Source of the DNA: Centroscyllium fabricii
Lineage: Eukaryota
Length of the DNA: 64,000 nt
NCBI GenBank assembly: GCA_051313645.2
Contig: JBNRSN020000133.1
Location: forward strand, 1,302,001-1,366,000
Reading direction: 5' to 3'
Below the pieces are notes generated by a model. The model searched no databases, was not told the DNA's origin, and saw nothing but the letters and a program-made list of their open reading frames with translations. A program made the translations under genes and the position numbers. Shown piece after piece: positions 1 to 9,549 of this stretch (position 1 is the first letter of the stretch; the number at the start of each line of letters is the position of its first letter).

Positions 1-168
1 TTTAATATTCGGCAGCTAAAGTCTCAATGCGAAGTCAGCAAATTCACAGCTGAACTCAAGCTAGAAGAATAATGCAATTTGCTAATGCAGCCAAAATATT
101 ACACGGAATGCTCTCCACGGTATGCACCTAAGATATAGAAATATCTAGAAGTTACAACAATATAATAT

Positions 169-296
169 GATGTGAATGTGCCGGTGTTGGACTGGGGTTG
201 ACAATTGCAAGAAGTCACACAACGCCAGGTTATAGTCCAACAGTTTTATTTTAAATCACAAGCTTTCGGAGCTTCTGCCACTTCGTCAGGTGAAAG
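169..296 (-). mobile_element. Penelope-like element terminal fragment with hammerhead-like core
   Basis: Same sequence as the repeat at 21052-21242. Minus strand reads TCAC-CTGACGA-...-CGAAAGCTT-GTGA, the minimal hammerhead-type signature of Penelope-like termini. Family assigned from recall, not a search. Confidence 0.6.
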
Positions 297-304
297 AGAA
301 ACTG

Positions 305-518
305 ACTTAAAGAACGCACATATGGGAGGAAGGGAGAAATCCGATCTCTCGCACATCTAACCTTAGCAGAGATGGACAGGGCACACAAAGGCTTATTAAC
401 ATATTTTAAAACGTGTTAAAATATGTTAATACGCCTTTGTGTGCTCTGACTATCTCTGCTAAGGTGAGATGTGGGAGATCAGATTGCTCGCTTCCTCCCA
501 TATGTGCGTTCTTTAAGT
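305..518. repeat. ~105-bp-arm inverted repeat (fold-back/MITE-like palindrome)
   Basis: 305-409 is the reverse complement of 416-518 with scattered mismatches (ACTTAAAGAACGCACATATGGGAGGAAG... / ...CTTCCTCCCATATGTGCGTTCTTTAAGT), with a ~6-nt loop. Confidence 0.9.
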
Positions 519-522
519 GCTT

Positions 523-1000
523 TTATAAAACCTCTTGGTTTTTACATTCTATATCTCTGGTGATAATACCGAGAATCCCATCAGCTTTTTTTACAGCCTT
601 ATCAAGCTGCGGTGCTACTTCACTCTTCTCTCCCACTGCACCGAGCCCACTTCCATTCAGAGGATCATTATTATTCCTTTTACAGAAACCCGTCAGCTCA
701 TACTTGCTGATGTTTACTTCCAACTGCCAATTTTCAGCTCATTCCTCCATTGTAACAATATCACTCAGCATCTTCCGTTGGTCTTCCCAATAATGAGCTC
801 TGCCTCCAGTTTTGGTAAAATGCTGACATTTCGAAACACTCACTTTCCGCCAAGACCCAATTCATTGATATACGTGGCAAACAGAAGAATCCCCAGAACG
901 GATTCCTGTGGGAAGCATCTACCCATTTCCAACTGCTCTCAATATAATGAGCTCTCTGCTGTCTCTCTACTAATATCTATTAATCCAATGTGCTTTCCTC
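523..1000 (-). mobile_element. Old CR1 LINE ORF2 fragment
   Basis: Minus ORF contains AVKKADGILGIITRDIECKNQEVL, matching the CR1 ORF2 C-terminal region seen in younger copies in this window. Confidence 0.7.
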
Positions 1001-1142
1001 TCCTTAATTCTCTATTCATTACCCGTTACTTAATGTCCTCTGTAGTAACTTGGCAAAGGCTTTCCTACTGTCTAGTTACATTACAACATAGATTACTGAA
1101 GATCGGTAAAATAAAGCACAATCCAAACTGCAGGACTAGACA

Positions 1143-1520
1143 GAAACATAGAAGATAGGAGCAGGTGTCGGCCATTCGGCCCCTCGAGCCTGCTCCGCCA
1201 TTCAATGAGATCATGGCTGATCATCCAAACCCAGTACCCCGCTCTGCCTTCTCCCCATATCACTTGATCCCTTTACCCTTAAGAAATATATCTAACTCCT
1301 GCTCGAATATATTAAATGAATTGGCCTCTACAGCCTTCAGTGGAATAGAATTGCACAGGTTCACCACTCTCTGGATGAAGGAGTTCCACCTCGTCTCTTT
1401 CCAAAAGGGTGTACCCCTTATCCTTAGACTGTGACCCCTGGCTTTGGACTCCCCGGCCATCGGGAACATCCTCCCTGCATCTAGTCTGTCTAGCCTTGTT
1501 AGAACTTTATACATTTCAAT
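1143..1520 (-). mobile_element. CR1 LINE 3' end
   Basis: Minus ORF LIEMYKVLTRLDRLDAGRMFPMAGE...RGHSLRIRG...FIQRVVNL, plus the CR1 3' UTR with (TTCTATGT)-type tail. Confidence 0.9.
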
Positions 1521-1889
1521 CAACGCGGCCGGTGCCAAGCTGTAGATCCGTGATTACCGCGGGGCGGTCACTCAGTTTCTCAGTAAAGGAATGAGATTTT
1601 CCGTAGGATTTGTTTTGTGAGCGCTTTTTCAGGGTTAACCCTGTCAAGCTGACATATAAGCGTGGATATTATTATTAAAATAGTATTAAAGCATCGCAAA
1701 ATGATTAAACTAGGGATATATGGTAACACAATCAGCGTGGATGCAAACAAACCAAAGACAGTTACCGTGAAGTGTGTTCTCTAGATCTCCACTGATCTGT
1801 TCATGTTAATTGGTGCAATTGCCAACAGTGTGACTATGGGTATTGGGGACACAATGCTGCGCCTCACAGCCCGTGAACTATACTCACTG

Positions 1890-1950
1890 CTATTGGTCCC
1901 TCACTCCGCCCCATGCAAATGAGCCCAGTCTCTCGAGGCTCATAAGGCCG
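1890..1950 (+). promoter_or_regulatory. IgNAR V promoter: reverse CCAAT, GC box, perfect octamer ATGCAAAT (1913-1920), weak TATA-like CATAAG
   Basis: ATTGG 1892-1896, CTCCGCCCC ~1904-1912 and ATGCAAAT 1913-1920 lie ~120 bp upstream of the leader ATG, in heavy-chain orientation. Confidence 0.8.
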
Positions 1951-2039
1951 CTGCTCAGACACACACGGTTACACAGAGCAGTCGCTGTTGGGCTCTTGTG
2001 TTTGCTCCGTTTAAAGTGCTCCCTGCTGGTGAAGGAATA

Positions 2040-2082
2040 ATGAATATTTTCTGTGTTTCCGTCCTTTTAGCCTGGTTACCAA
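2040..2082 (+). CDS. IgNAR: IgNAR leader (signal peptide) exon, MNIFCVSVLLAWLP(N)
   Basis: ATG at 2040, hydrophobic peptide resembling known IgNAR leaders (MNIF...LLAWLPN), phase-1 donor A|GTAAGT at 2083. Confidence 0.95.
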
Positions 2083-2222
2083 GTAAGTTTTGTTTGGTAA
2101 AGAGATTACATGTTAATTGGATAACATTGTGAGGCAGCGTCTACATTGTAGAAATGTCCTTGCCTTTAAACTCGTATATTGTTTCAGATACGTGATGCAT
2201 TAAATGTATTTTCTCCATTCAG

Positions 2223-2496
2223 ATGCCTTCGGTATACGAGTAGACCAAACACCAAGAACGGCAACGAAAGAGACAGGCGAATCCCTGACCATCAACTGCG
2301 TCCTAACTGATACCAGCTATGGTTTGGGCAGCACATACTGGTACCGGGAAAATCCGGGTGCATCAAACCGGGAAAGAATATGGATTGGCGGCCGATATGC
2401 TGAAACAGTCAACAAGGGAGCAAAGTCATTTTCTCTGCGAATCAGGGACCTGACCGTTGAAGACAGTGCCACGTATATCTGCAACGCATATAGTAT
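2223..2496 (+). CDS. IgNAR: IgNAR variable (VNAR) gene segment, germline, type IV/IIb-like
   Basis: Acceptor TTCAG at 2222. Translation (N)[45 protein letters not shown]...[36 protein letters not shown] shows the VNAR framework with CDR2 deletion and only the two canonical Cys. Followed directly by an RSS. Confidence 0.98.
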
Positions 2497-2535
2497 CACA
2501 GCAATGGAGTTGGCGGTTCCTGCAATACACAAACT
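2497..2535 (+). promoter_or_regulatory. V 3' recombination signal sequence (23-bp spacer)
   Basis: CACAGCA + 23 nt + ACACAAACT. Confidence 0.95.
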
Positions 2536-2724
2536 ATCAGCACACTTTGCTAGAAGATGACGGGAACTATTTTTCTGTTGCTTACTCAGGAAGAGAAGAT
2601 GCTCAGTATTTTGGAGGGATAATGCTCTTGGCTATAAAACAAATCCTGACAAGAAGTATTGAGTTAGGAATCTGGTTTGCAGCAAGTGACTGGACCCCAG
2701 GTTCTTGGACTGATGCACATGGAA

Positions 2725-2801
2725 CCTTTTTGTACTGGTCTGTGTGACTGTGGGTATACGACACACAGTAATGAATCTTGGATTCCCGTAATACATAAAC
2801 T
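2725..2801 (+). other. IgNAR: IgNAR D1 segment (coding 2753-2763, GGTATACGACA) with 5' 12-RSS and 3' 22/23-RSS
   Basis: CCTTTTTGT-12nt-GACTGTG | GGTATACGACA | CACAGTA-22nt-ACATAAACT. Confidence 0.93.
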
Positions 2802-3126
2802 GTCCCCACCCCTCTTCATAAAACGTTGGTACAGATTATCCTCTCGGTGGCTAATAACCTCACGGTTAAATGCTCATTGTATCTGTCAGACACTGGGTGG
2901 AATATTGAAGCCTTTCCTCTGTTAATTTCTGTGATTTTCAATCAATTTTATGATCATTTTTATAATGGAACATTGATATTTCGCCAGGACTTTTATGAGT
3001 GGCTGGGAATTAGAAACATCTACGGGGATCCCAATATAAAGGCAATGATTTGAATCATATTTACTGCAATTTTAAGTCACTATCTTGGAATATCCGAAGG
3101 ATTTTCTGCAATATTTGCAACAATGG

Positions 3127-3195
3127 AGTTCTTGTGCTGGAGTGAAATGATGTGTATACTCGAGTGACACAGTGATTCGGGCCATGGCACAAACC
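3127..3195 (+). other. IgNAR: IgNAR D2 segment (coding 3155-3167, TATACTCGAGTGA) flanked by 12-RSS on both sides
   Basis: AGTTCTTGT-12nt-TGATGTG | TATACTCGAGTGA | CACAGTG-12nt-GCACAAACC. Confidence 0.92.
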
Positions 3196-3505
3196 TCTCC
3201 AACTGTTATTTGCTTTCCTATCGTGAAGGTGGCTGCATAATGTGCTTCTTACCCATGGATGTTGCTGCATAGAGCGTGAAATCAATTCCAATTCGAACTT
3301 TGGTTGAAATCTATCCGCATTCCCTGATATTAAATCAATGAATTATCATCATATTTATTACAGGAGTTGGCATTGCACATAATGAATATCTGGATGGATA
3401 GTAACTGACGGAAATGAAGATTTATTAATGATGCCAGTATCTTAGAAAGGTCCTTGTAGCAGTGATGTTTTGGTGTATTTATTCCAGGATCTTTCGTTCA
3501 ATGAC

Positions 3506-3544
3506 CCTTTTTGAACTGGGCTGACTGGGAGCTGACTGACTGTG
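3506..3544 (-). promoter_or_regulatory. J 5' recombination signal sequence (23-bp spacer)
   Basis: CCTTTTTGA + 23 nt + GACTGTG immediately before the J coding region. Confidence 0.92.
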
Positions 3545-3582
3545 TACCTACGGAGCTGGCACCGTGCTGACTGTCAACCCTG
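3545..3582 (+). CDS. IgNAR: IgNAR J segment, TYGAGTVLTVNP
   Basis: GAGTVLTVN motif typical of VNAR FR4; phase-1 donor G|GTAAGT at 3583. Confidence 0.97.
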
Positions 3583-3779
3583 GTAAGTGACCTCTCGCTG
3601 CTTTATTGTGAAGATTTTGATCATAGGATTTATAAAGAATCAGTTTTGTCATTAAAATTGCCTGAAGCGCAAAACACAATAGCCAAAGTTCTTTTTCAAG
3701 ATTCGCTTATCTTCACTGTCAATTTATTGAGATTAAAGTTAAAAATGGGTTTCAAAAGAGATTTTGCCTGACAATAAAA

Positions 3780-3935
3780 GAAACCTATATTTAAATATAA
3801 AACGTACCTTCAACAAACCTGTATTTAAATATATAAATATAAAACTTACCTCCTACCAAAACTGTATTTAATTATAAACGTACCCCCAAACATCCCTGTA
3901 TTTAAACAAAGAACTTACCTCTACAACAAAAATGT
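3780..3935. repeat. AT-rich degenerate tandem repeat (~4 units of ~35-40 bp)
   Basis: Recurrent AAACCTRTATTTAAATATAAAACKTACC motif. Confidence 0.65.
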
Positions 3936-4411
3936 AATTATAGATAGAAATTTGCTGTCATGCATTATGTAAGATGGTTATTTAAATAGATTGTGATAGT
4001 TTAAACTGAAGAAGCGGAACCAGCCCAGTAAAATTGCTCCTTACTGAGGTGTCCCAGTACATCTTAGAATTAAAACAACTCTTGGGCGAGGAAAGTTGTC
4101 AGCAACCAAGGAATGTATGCAACGTGTCATTGTACAACATTTTGCCTGACAATTTCCGTCCCCTTCCAAAAGCGCCCCATATTAAATAAAACAACGTTAC
4201 TAAATTAATATCAGCGCAGATCCTGCAAATATGTTGTTCCTTCGAATCTTGTCATTTGTGGCTCTGGATTAATGGCGCATGCTTCAGTGACCGAGCTGTA
4301 AATCTGGGAAAGCCAGTCCCCTTGATGCGCTGTGTGTGTAAGGTTGCGCGAGCAGCAGAGAACTTGGAAACCACAGTGGGTTTCACGGTAATAAGTTGGC
4401 TCTTTCTCACT

Positions 4412-4866
4412 GTCCGCTGTGGCTCAGTTTGTAGCCTTTGAGTCTGGAGATTGTTAGTTCAAGTCCCATTCCTGAGATTTGATCAGAATATATCCAGGCT
4501 GACCCTCCAGTGTATTGCTGAGGGAGCTCTGTATTGTCAGAGGTGCCGTCTTTTGGATGCGATGTTAAAACCGAGGCCCCGTCTTCTCTCAGATAGATGT
4601 TAATCGATCCCATGGCACTATTTCGAGAGAAGATTAGGGGAGTTAACCCCGCTGTTCTGGCCAATATTTATCCCTACATCAAGATCACAAAAACAGATTA
4701 TCTGGTCATTTTCACGTTGCTGTTTGTGGGAGCTTGCTGTGCGCAATTTTGGCTGTGTTTTCCAGTTTACAACAGTGCCTGCACTCCAAAAGTACTTCAT
4801 TGGCTGTGAAGCATTTTGGTACGTCCGGTGTTCGTGAAAGGCGCTATGTAAATACAGTATTTCTTT
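4412..4866 (+). mobile_element. tRNA-derived DeuSINE (SacSINE1/AmnSINE-like)
   Basis: tRNA-like head (TGGCTCAG...GTTCAAGTCCC), central AGAGGTGCCGTCTTTTGGATG...GATCCCATGGCACTATT...GCTGTTTGTGGGAGCTTGCTGTGCGC block, and an L2-like tail TGAAAGGCGCTATGTAAAT. Recognised from recall. Confidence 0.75.
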
Positions 4867-5370
4867 GTATTTTCTATGTACAGAAATAAAGTTAGCGGTA
4901 TCTTTGTTAGTTAATGCTTCGAGGAGAATATTGAAGGTTCTGAATCATTGTTTATACTATTTACGGTCCGTTTGCTTATTGTAGTTGAAGAAGCAAACAG
5001 TTTATTGAAAGCCTGAGTCTGGGTTTGATCGCCTGTAAATTCAATCAGCGTTTCGAGGAGAGGAGAATCCCAAAGTTAATGTGCAGAGTCAGGATTTTGT
5101 TGTTGCCATCCCGTGGTCTGGCTATCGAGTGCCTGGGGACTGGACCAGTTAACCTTCGGCAAAGAGGATGGAAGTGGGTTCCACATACAAGGGTATCAAT
5201 CGGACACAGAATCTGATAAAATATATGTAGTCAAAATCCAAATAAGTTGGAAAATGGTAAACTCTATCTGCACCATCCCACCAAGTAATTCCAGGTCAGG
5301 TGAAGCTGCTCCACACTCTCCCCGCAGGAGAAGGTACACCGCGAATATTACAGAACGACAGACCAGCTGA

Positions 5371-6162
5371 TAAGAACATACGAACTAGGAGCAGGAGTAG
5401 GCCAATCGGCCCTACGAACCTGCTCCGCCATTCAATAAGATCAAGGTGATCTGATCCTAACAACCAACCTACTATCACAGAAGCTTCGCTGAATCTAACA
5501 TAATTAGACAGACACAAGAGGAGCAGGATCAGGCTACACGCTCACTGGGCCCGCTCCACTACCCATAGGGCCATGACCGATCTGAACCTAGACTCATGTC
5601 CAAATTCCGGCCCGCTCCCCGTAACCCTTAATCCCTTTTACTATTGGAAACTGTCTATTTCTGTTTTAAATTTATGTAATGATGTAGCTTCTACAGCTTT
5701 TTGGGGCAAAATCTTCCATGGACCTACCACCCTCAGAGTGAAATAAGTTCTCCTCATCTCAGTTTCGAAAGAGAAGCCTCTTATTCTAAGATTATGCCCC
5801 CTAGTTCTAGTTTCACCCATCATTGGGAACATCTTCCGCGCATCCACCCGATCCAACCCCTTCACAATCTTATATGTTTCAATAAGAACTCCCCTCATTC
5901 TTCTGAACTCCAATGAGTAGAGTCCCAATCTACTCAACCTCTCCTCATATGTCCAAACCCTCATCCCTGGGATTAACCGAGTGAACCTTCTTTGTACTGA
6001 CTCGAGAGCGAGTATGTCCTTTCTTAAGTATGGACACCAAAGCTGTATGCAGTATTCCAGGTGCGGCCTCACCCATACCTTGTACAACTGAAGCAATACC
6101 TCCCTATGTTTTTATATTATATCCCCCTAGCAATGAAAGCCAACATTCCATTTGCCTTCTTA
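5371..6162 (-). mobile_element. CR1 LINE 3' fragments
   Basis: Minus ORF 5641-6096 (LQLYKVWVRPHLEYCIQLW...RRMRGVLIETYKI) plus CR1 3' UTR/tail pieces. Confidence 0.92.
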
Positions 6163-6629
6163 GGGCCTTCAGAGTGGCCCCTGACCTGAAGCATGTCTGA
6201 TGTAAAAAACCCAAATTGTGGCAGTCAGTAACATGAGGAGAACAATGTCTTTCAATGGGGCGTGGGATGCAGGTAGGAGAGAAACATTGCTCAGGTTCAG
6301 GGTTTCCTCGCAGAGACAGAACACGTCACTGAACAAAAATGAAACACATTCTAAGAAGGCGATGATGTGCGTGGTGAGGAAGGCCGATTGGTTCATTTAC
6401 ACGGCTCCATGGGGATTGTTGCACCCTGGAATTCCCTCCCAAAAACACTGGGTCACCCCAGTTTTAACAGCGCTAAAACAAGCACCTTTGCCGTGTAACA
6501 TGACAGGGCCAACCATTTTACTCAATCCGCTACATTAGCCCAGAACCTAACTGGTGTATGTAAAATGAGTTCACCCATCTGGTAGAAAAGTAACCTGATG
6601 AACGGCTGTTGTTAATTTGAGTCGAGCGC

Positions 6630-8242
6630 CCAGTTGCCATGGGTTGGAGGATGGCTAATGTCACCCCACTGTTTAAAAAAGGAGCTAGAGAGAAAAAGAG
6701 GTAGTTTCGACCGGTAAGTCTGACATTGGAAGTTGGGGAAATTCTAGAGTCCATTATAAAATACGTAATTGCAGAGTACTTGTAAAATAGTGACAGGATC
6801 GTACATTGTCAACATGGATTTACAGAAGGTAATCTACTGGAATTTTTTGCGGATGTAGCAGTCCAAAGATGTGCAGGTTAGGTTGATTGGCCATGATAAA
6901 TTGACCCTTAGTGTTAGGGGGATTACACATGTGGGGTTACGGTAATAGGGTGGGATATGTGTCGGTGCAGGCTCGATGGGCCGAAATGGCGTCTCTCTGC
7001 ACTGTTGGGATTCTGTGATTCTATGATTCTAACTGTTAGAAAGGTTAAGGGAGAAACAGTGGATCTGGTGTATTTGGACTTTCAGAAGGCTTTCGATAAG
7101 GTTTCACGTAAGAGATTACCGTGCAAAGTTAAAGCACACAGGATTGGGGTTACGGTATTGTCTTGGTTAGAGAACTGTTTGGCAGACAAGGAAAGAGTTG
7201 GAATAAACGGTGTTTTTCTGAGTGGCAGGCAGTGACTAGTGGGGTACCTCAGAGATGAGTGCTAGGACACCAGCTATTTACAATATATATATAATATATG
7301 TAACTCGATGTTATGTCACAAATTTGCAGCCGACACCAAGCTCGGACGGCGTCTATGCTGTGAGGAGGATGTCGAGAACTTCCAGTATGATTTGGACAGG
7401 ATGGGTGGTTGGGGCAGATGCATGGCAGATGCATTATAATGCGTATAAATGCGAAATGGTGGCAAAAGCAGGAAGACAGGTTATTACCTGAACGGCAATA
7501 GATTGGGAAAACGGGAGATGCAGCGAGACTTGTGTGTCCATGTGCACCAGTTGCGGAAGGTAAGCATGCAGTTACAGCAGGCGGTTAAGAAGGGAAATAT
7601 TTTGTTGGCTTTCATAACTAGAGGATTCGAGTAAATGAGCAAAGATGACTTGCTGCAGTTGTATAGGGCCTTGGGGAGAACAGACCTTCTATATTGTGCG
7701 CAGTTTTTTGTCACTTTCTCTGAGGACGTATTTTCTTGCCATGGAGGGAGTGCAGCGAAGACTCACCAGACTGATACCTGGGTAAGCCGGAATTATGTAT
7801 GAGGAGAGATTGGGATGATCAGGCTTATATTCGCTAGAGTTTAGAAGAATGAGTGTGGATTTCATTGACACGTAAGATTCTAACAGGAATAGACTGACTA
7901 GATGATGGAAGGATGTTCCCGATTGTCGGGGAGTCCACAACCAGGGGTCACAGTCTAAGGATAAGGTGTAAGCCATTTAGGACTGAGGTGAGAAGGAATT
8001 CCTTCACCCAGAGAGTGGTGAACCTGCGGAATTCTCTGTCACAAAAGGCCGTTGAGGCCAACTCATTAAATATATTCAAGAAGGACTTAGATATATTCCT
8101 TAAGGCTAAAGGGATCAAGGGATATGGGGAGAAAGCAAGGACACGATGCTAAATTTGGATGATGCGCCATGATCTCATTAAATGGCGGATGGGCTCGATG
8201 GGCCGAATGGCCTACTCCTGCTCCTTTATTTTATATTTCTAT
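6630..8242 (+). mobile_element. Degenerate CR1 LINE (RT to 3' end), interrupted by an HE1 SINE fragment (~6860-7030)
   Basis: VDLVYLDFQKAFDKV, RDLCVHVHQ and FTQRVVNL motifs across several frames; CR1 3' UTR at ~8150-8240. Confidence 0.88.
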
Positions 8243-8929
8243 AAGCCTGGCTCCATGAGGTGGGCTACGGTGATTTTAGAGCTAATTTCCTTCACCGCCT
8301 CCTCTGACTGTACAAACCGAGCGAAGCAATGCTATTAATTTATCTGTCAATGATATTCACATTCCCACTATCATAGGGTAATAATTTTATATAATCTTCC
8401 AACTTGCCCAATGATTGTGGAATTAGTACCTGTATTTATAGTCGTTGTCCAGCTTCATGACTTGTTTACTTCCAGATTGCTATTTCATTACTTCCTCTGT
8501 CATTGTTTTAAAGAGCTGTTTCGTTGTCTTCGCTCAGCCTTTTGTGAAACTTCATCAGTTCTAATTTAATATTCATATAGGGCAATGATTGTAAAATTTT
8601 CAAATATGTGATCCTCATCTCTGCTGGAAATGCAGAATGGCAAATCATGCCCAAAACTTAATTTCTTCATTACCTGCAACATCCTTAAGCACATTCCATC
8701 TTTCTCGTTGATCCAGCTTTGAGCAAAGTTTCAGAATTTATTTTCACTGTAACGGTACCGATAGCTTCAGAATGGGTTTTCTGTACACTGGCTTTAGACA
8801 CGCATTATTGTTCCCTGGCCTAAAAATTGAGAGAAATCTCCAACACAACAATATTTATTCAAGCAAGGTTCCAGTTTCAAACCAGTTCCTCAAGTCAGCA
8901 AGAACGACTTGCCGCAAGCCGTTAACTTA

Positions 8930-9425
8930 ACTTCAGGCTGGGGGTTCAGGTCTACAGCAGGTTACAGAAGGCGAGATGTGAAGACAAGCACACGAAATAT
9001 AAACTTGAGGCATTCGGACGCAATACAGATCAGTGCGGACTGGGCTGGTGGTCAATTGGAACTGGAGCAGATGGGACAGGGTTAGCAGTGATTTGGATAA
9101 ACTGGTGTTTCTGCATGGTGGGAGATGAAATGGTGGCAGGTCGAGCATTGCAGCAACCAAAGGTGAGGACGGAATGTCAGAGGGTTCCAGTTCTGGTGGG
9201 TTGAAGTAGGATTGCTGGCAGGTGATGTTACACAGGTTGATGAAGACAGTCATTGTGATGGAAATATTTCGGGTGAAGGTATACTAGGCTCCATTATAAT
9301 GCACACGCAGAGGCTGCAAATAGTTTGCTTGTGCCTGACACCGTGGCCAGGGAGGCGCGTAGAATTAGTGGTCTTGGAACAGAGTTTGCGACGGGGAAAA
9401 ATATTAAAGGTAAAGCTAGCATATA
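8930..9425 (-). mobile_element. Old L2 LINE fragment
   Basis: Similar to the reverse complement of the L2-like region at 27950-28400. Confidence 0.55.
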
Positions 9426-9549
9426 CTATATGTTTTGGTAGCCTGTCACATATATAGTGAGAGGAAACAATCACTGATTACCTAAATATATATATTTGTA
9501 TTTGGAGCCTTGTCTGCAAATTGGCCCAGGTGTATTCACTGAGCCCTTC

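Noticed and set aside
1845-1890. CACAATG/CACAGCC heptamer-like motifs upstream of the promoter
   Set aside because: No nonamer at 12 or 23 nt spacing.
2231-2239. GGTATACGA at the V leader/FR1 boundary is identical to the first 9 nt of D1
   Set aside because: A single 9-mer match with no flanking homology and no plausible mechanism; treated as chance.
2870-2900. Possible third D segment (GCTCATTGT...CACTGGG)
   Set aside because: Spacer is only 10 nt, the heptamer lacks the essential GTG end, and there is no downstream RSS.
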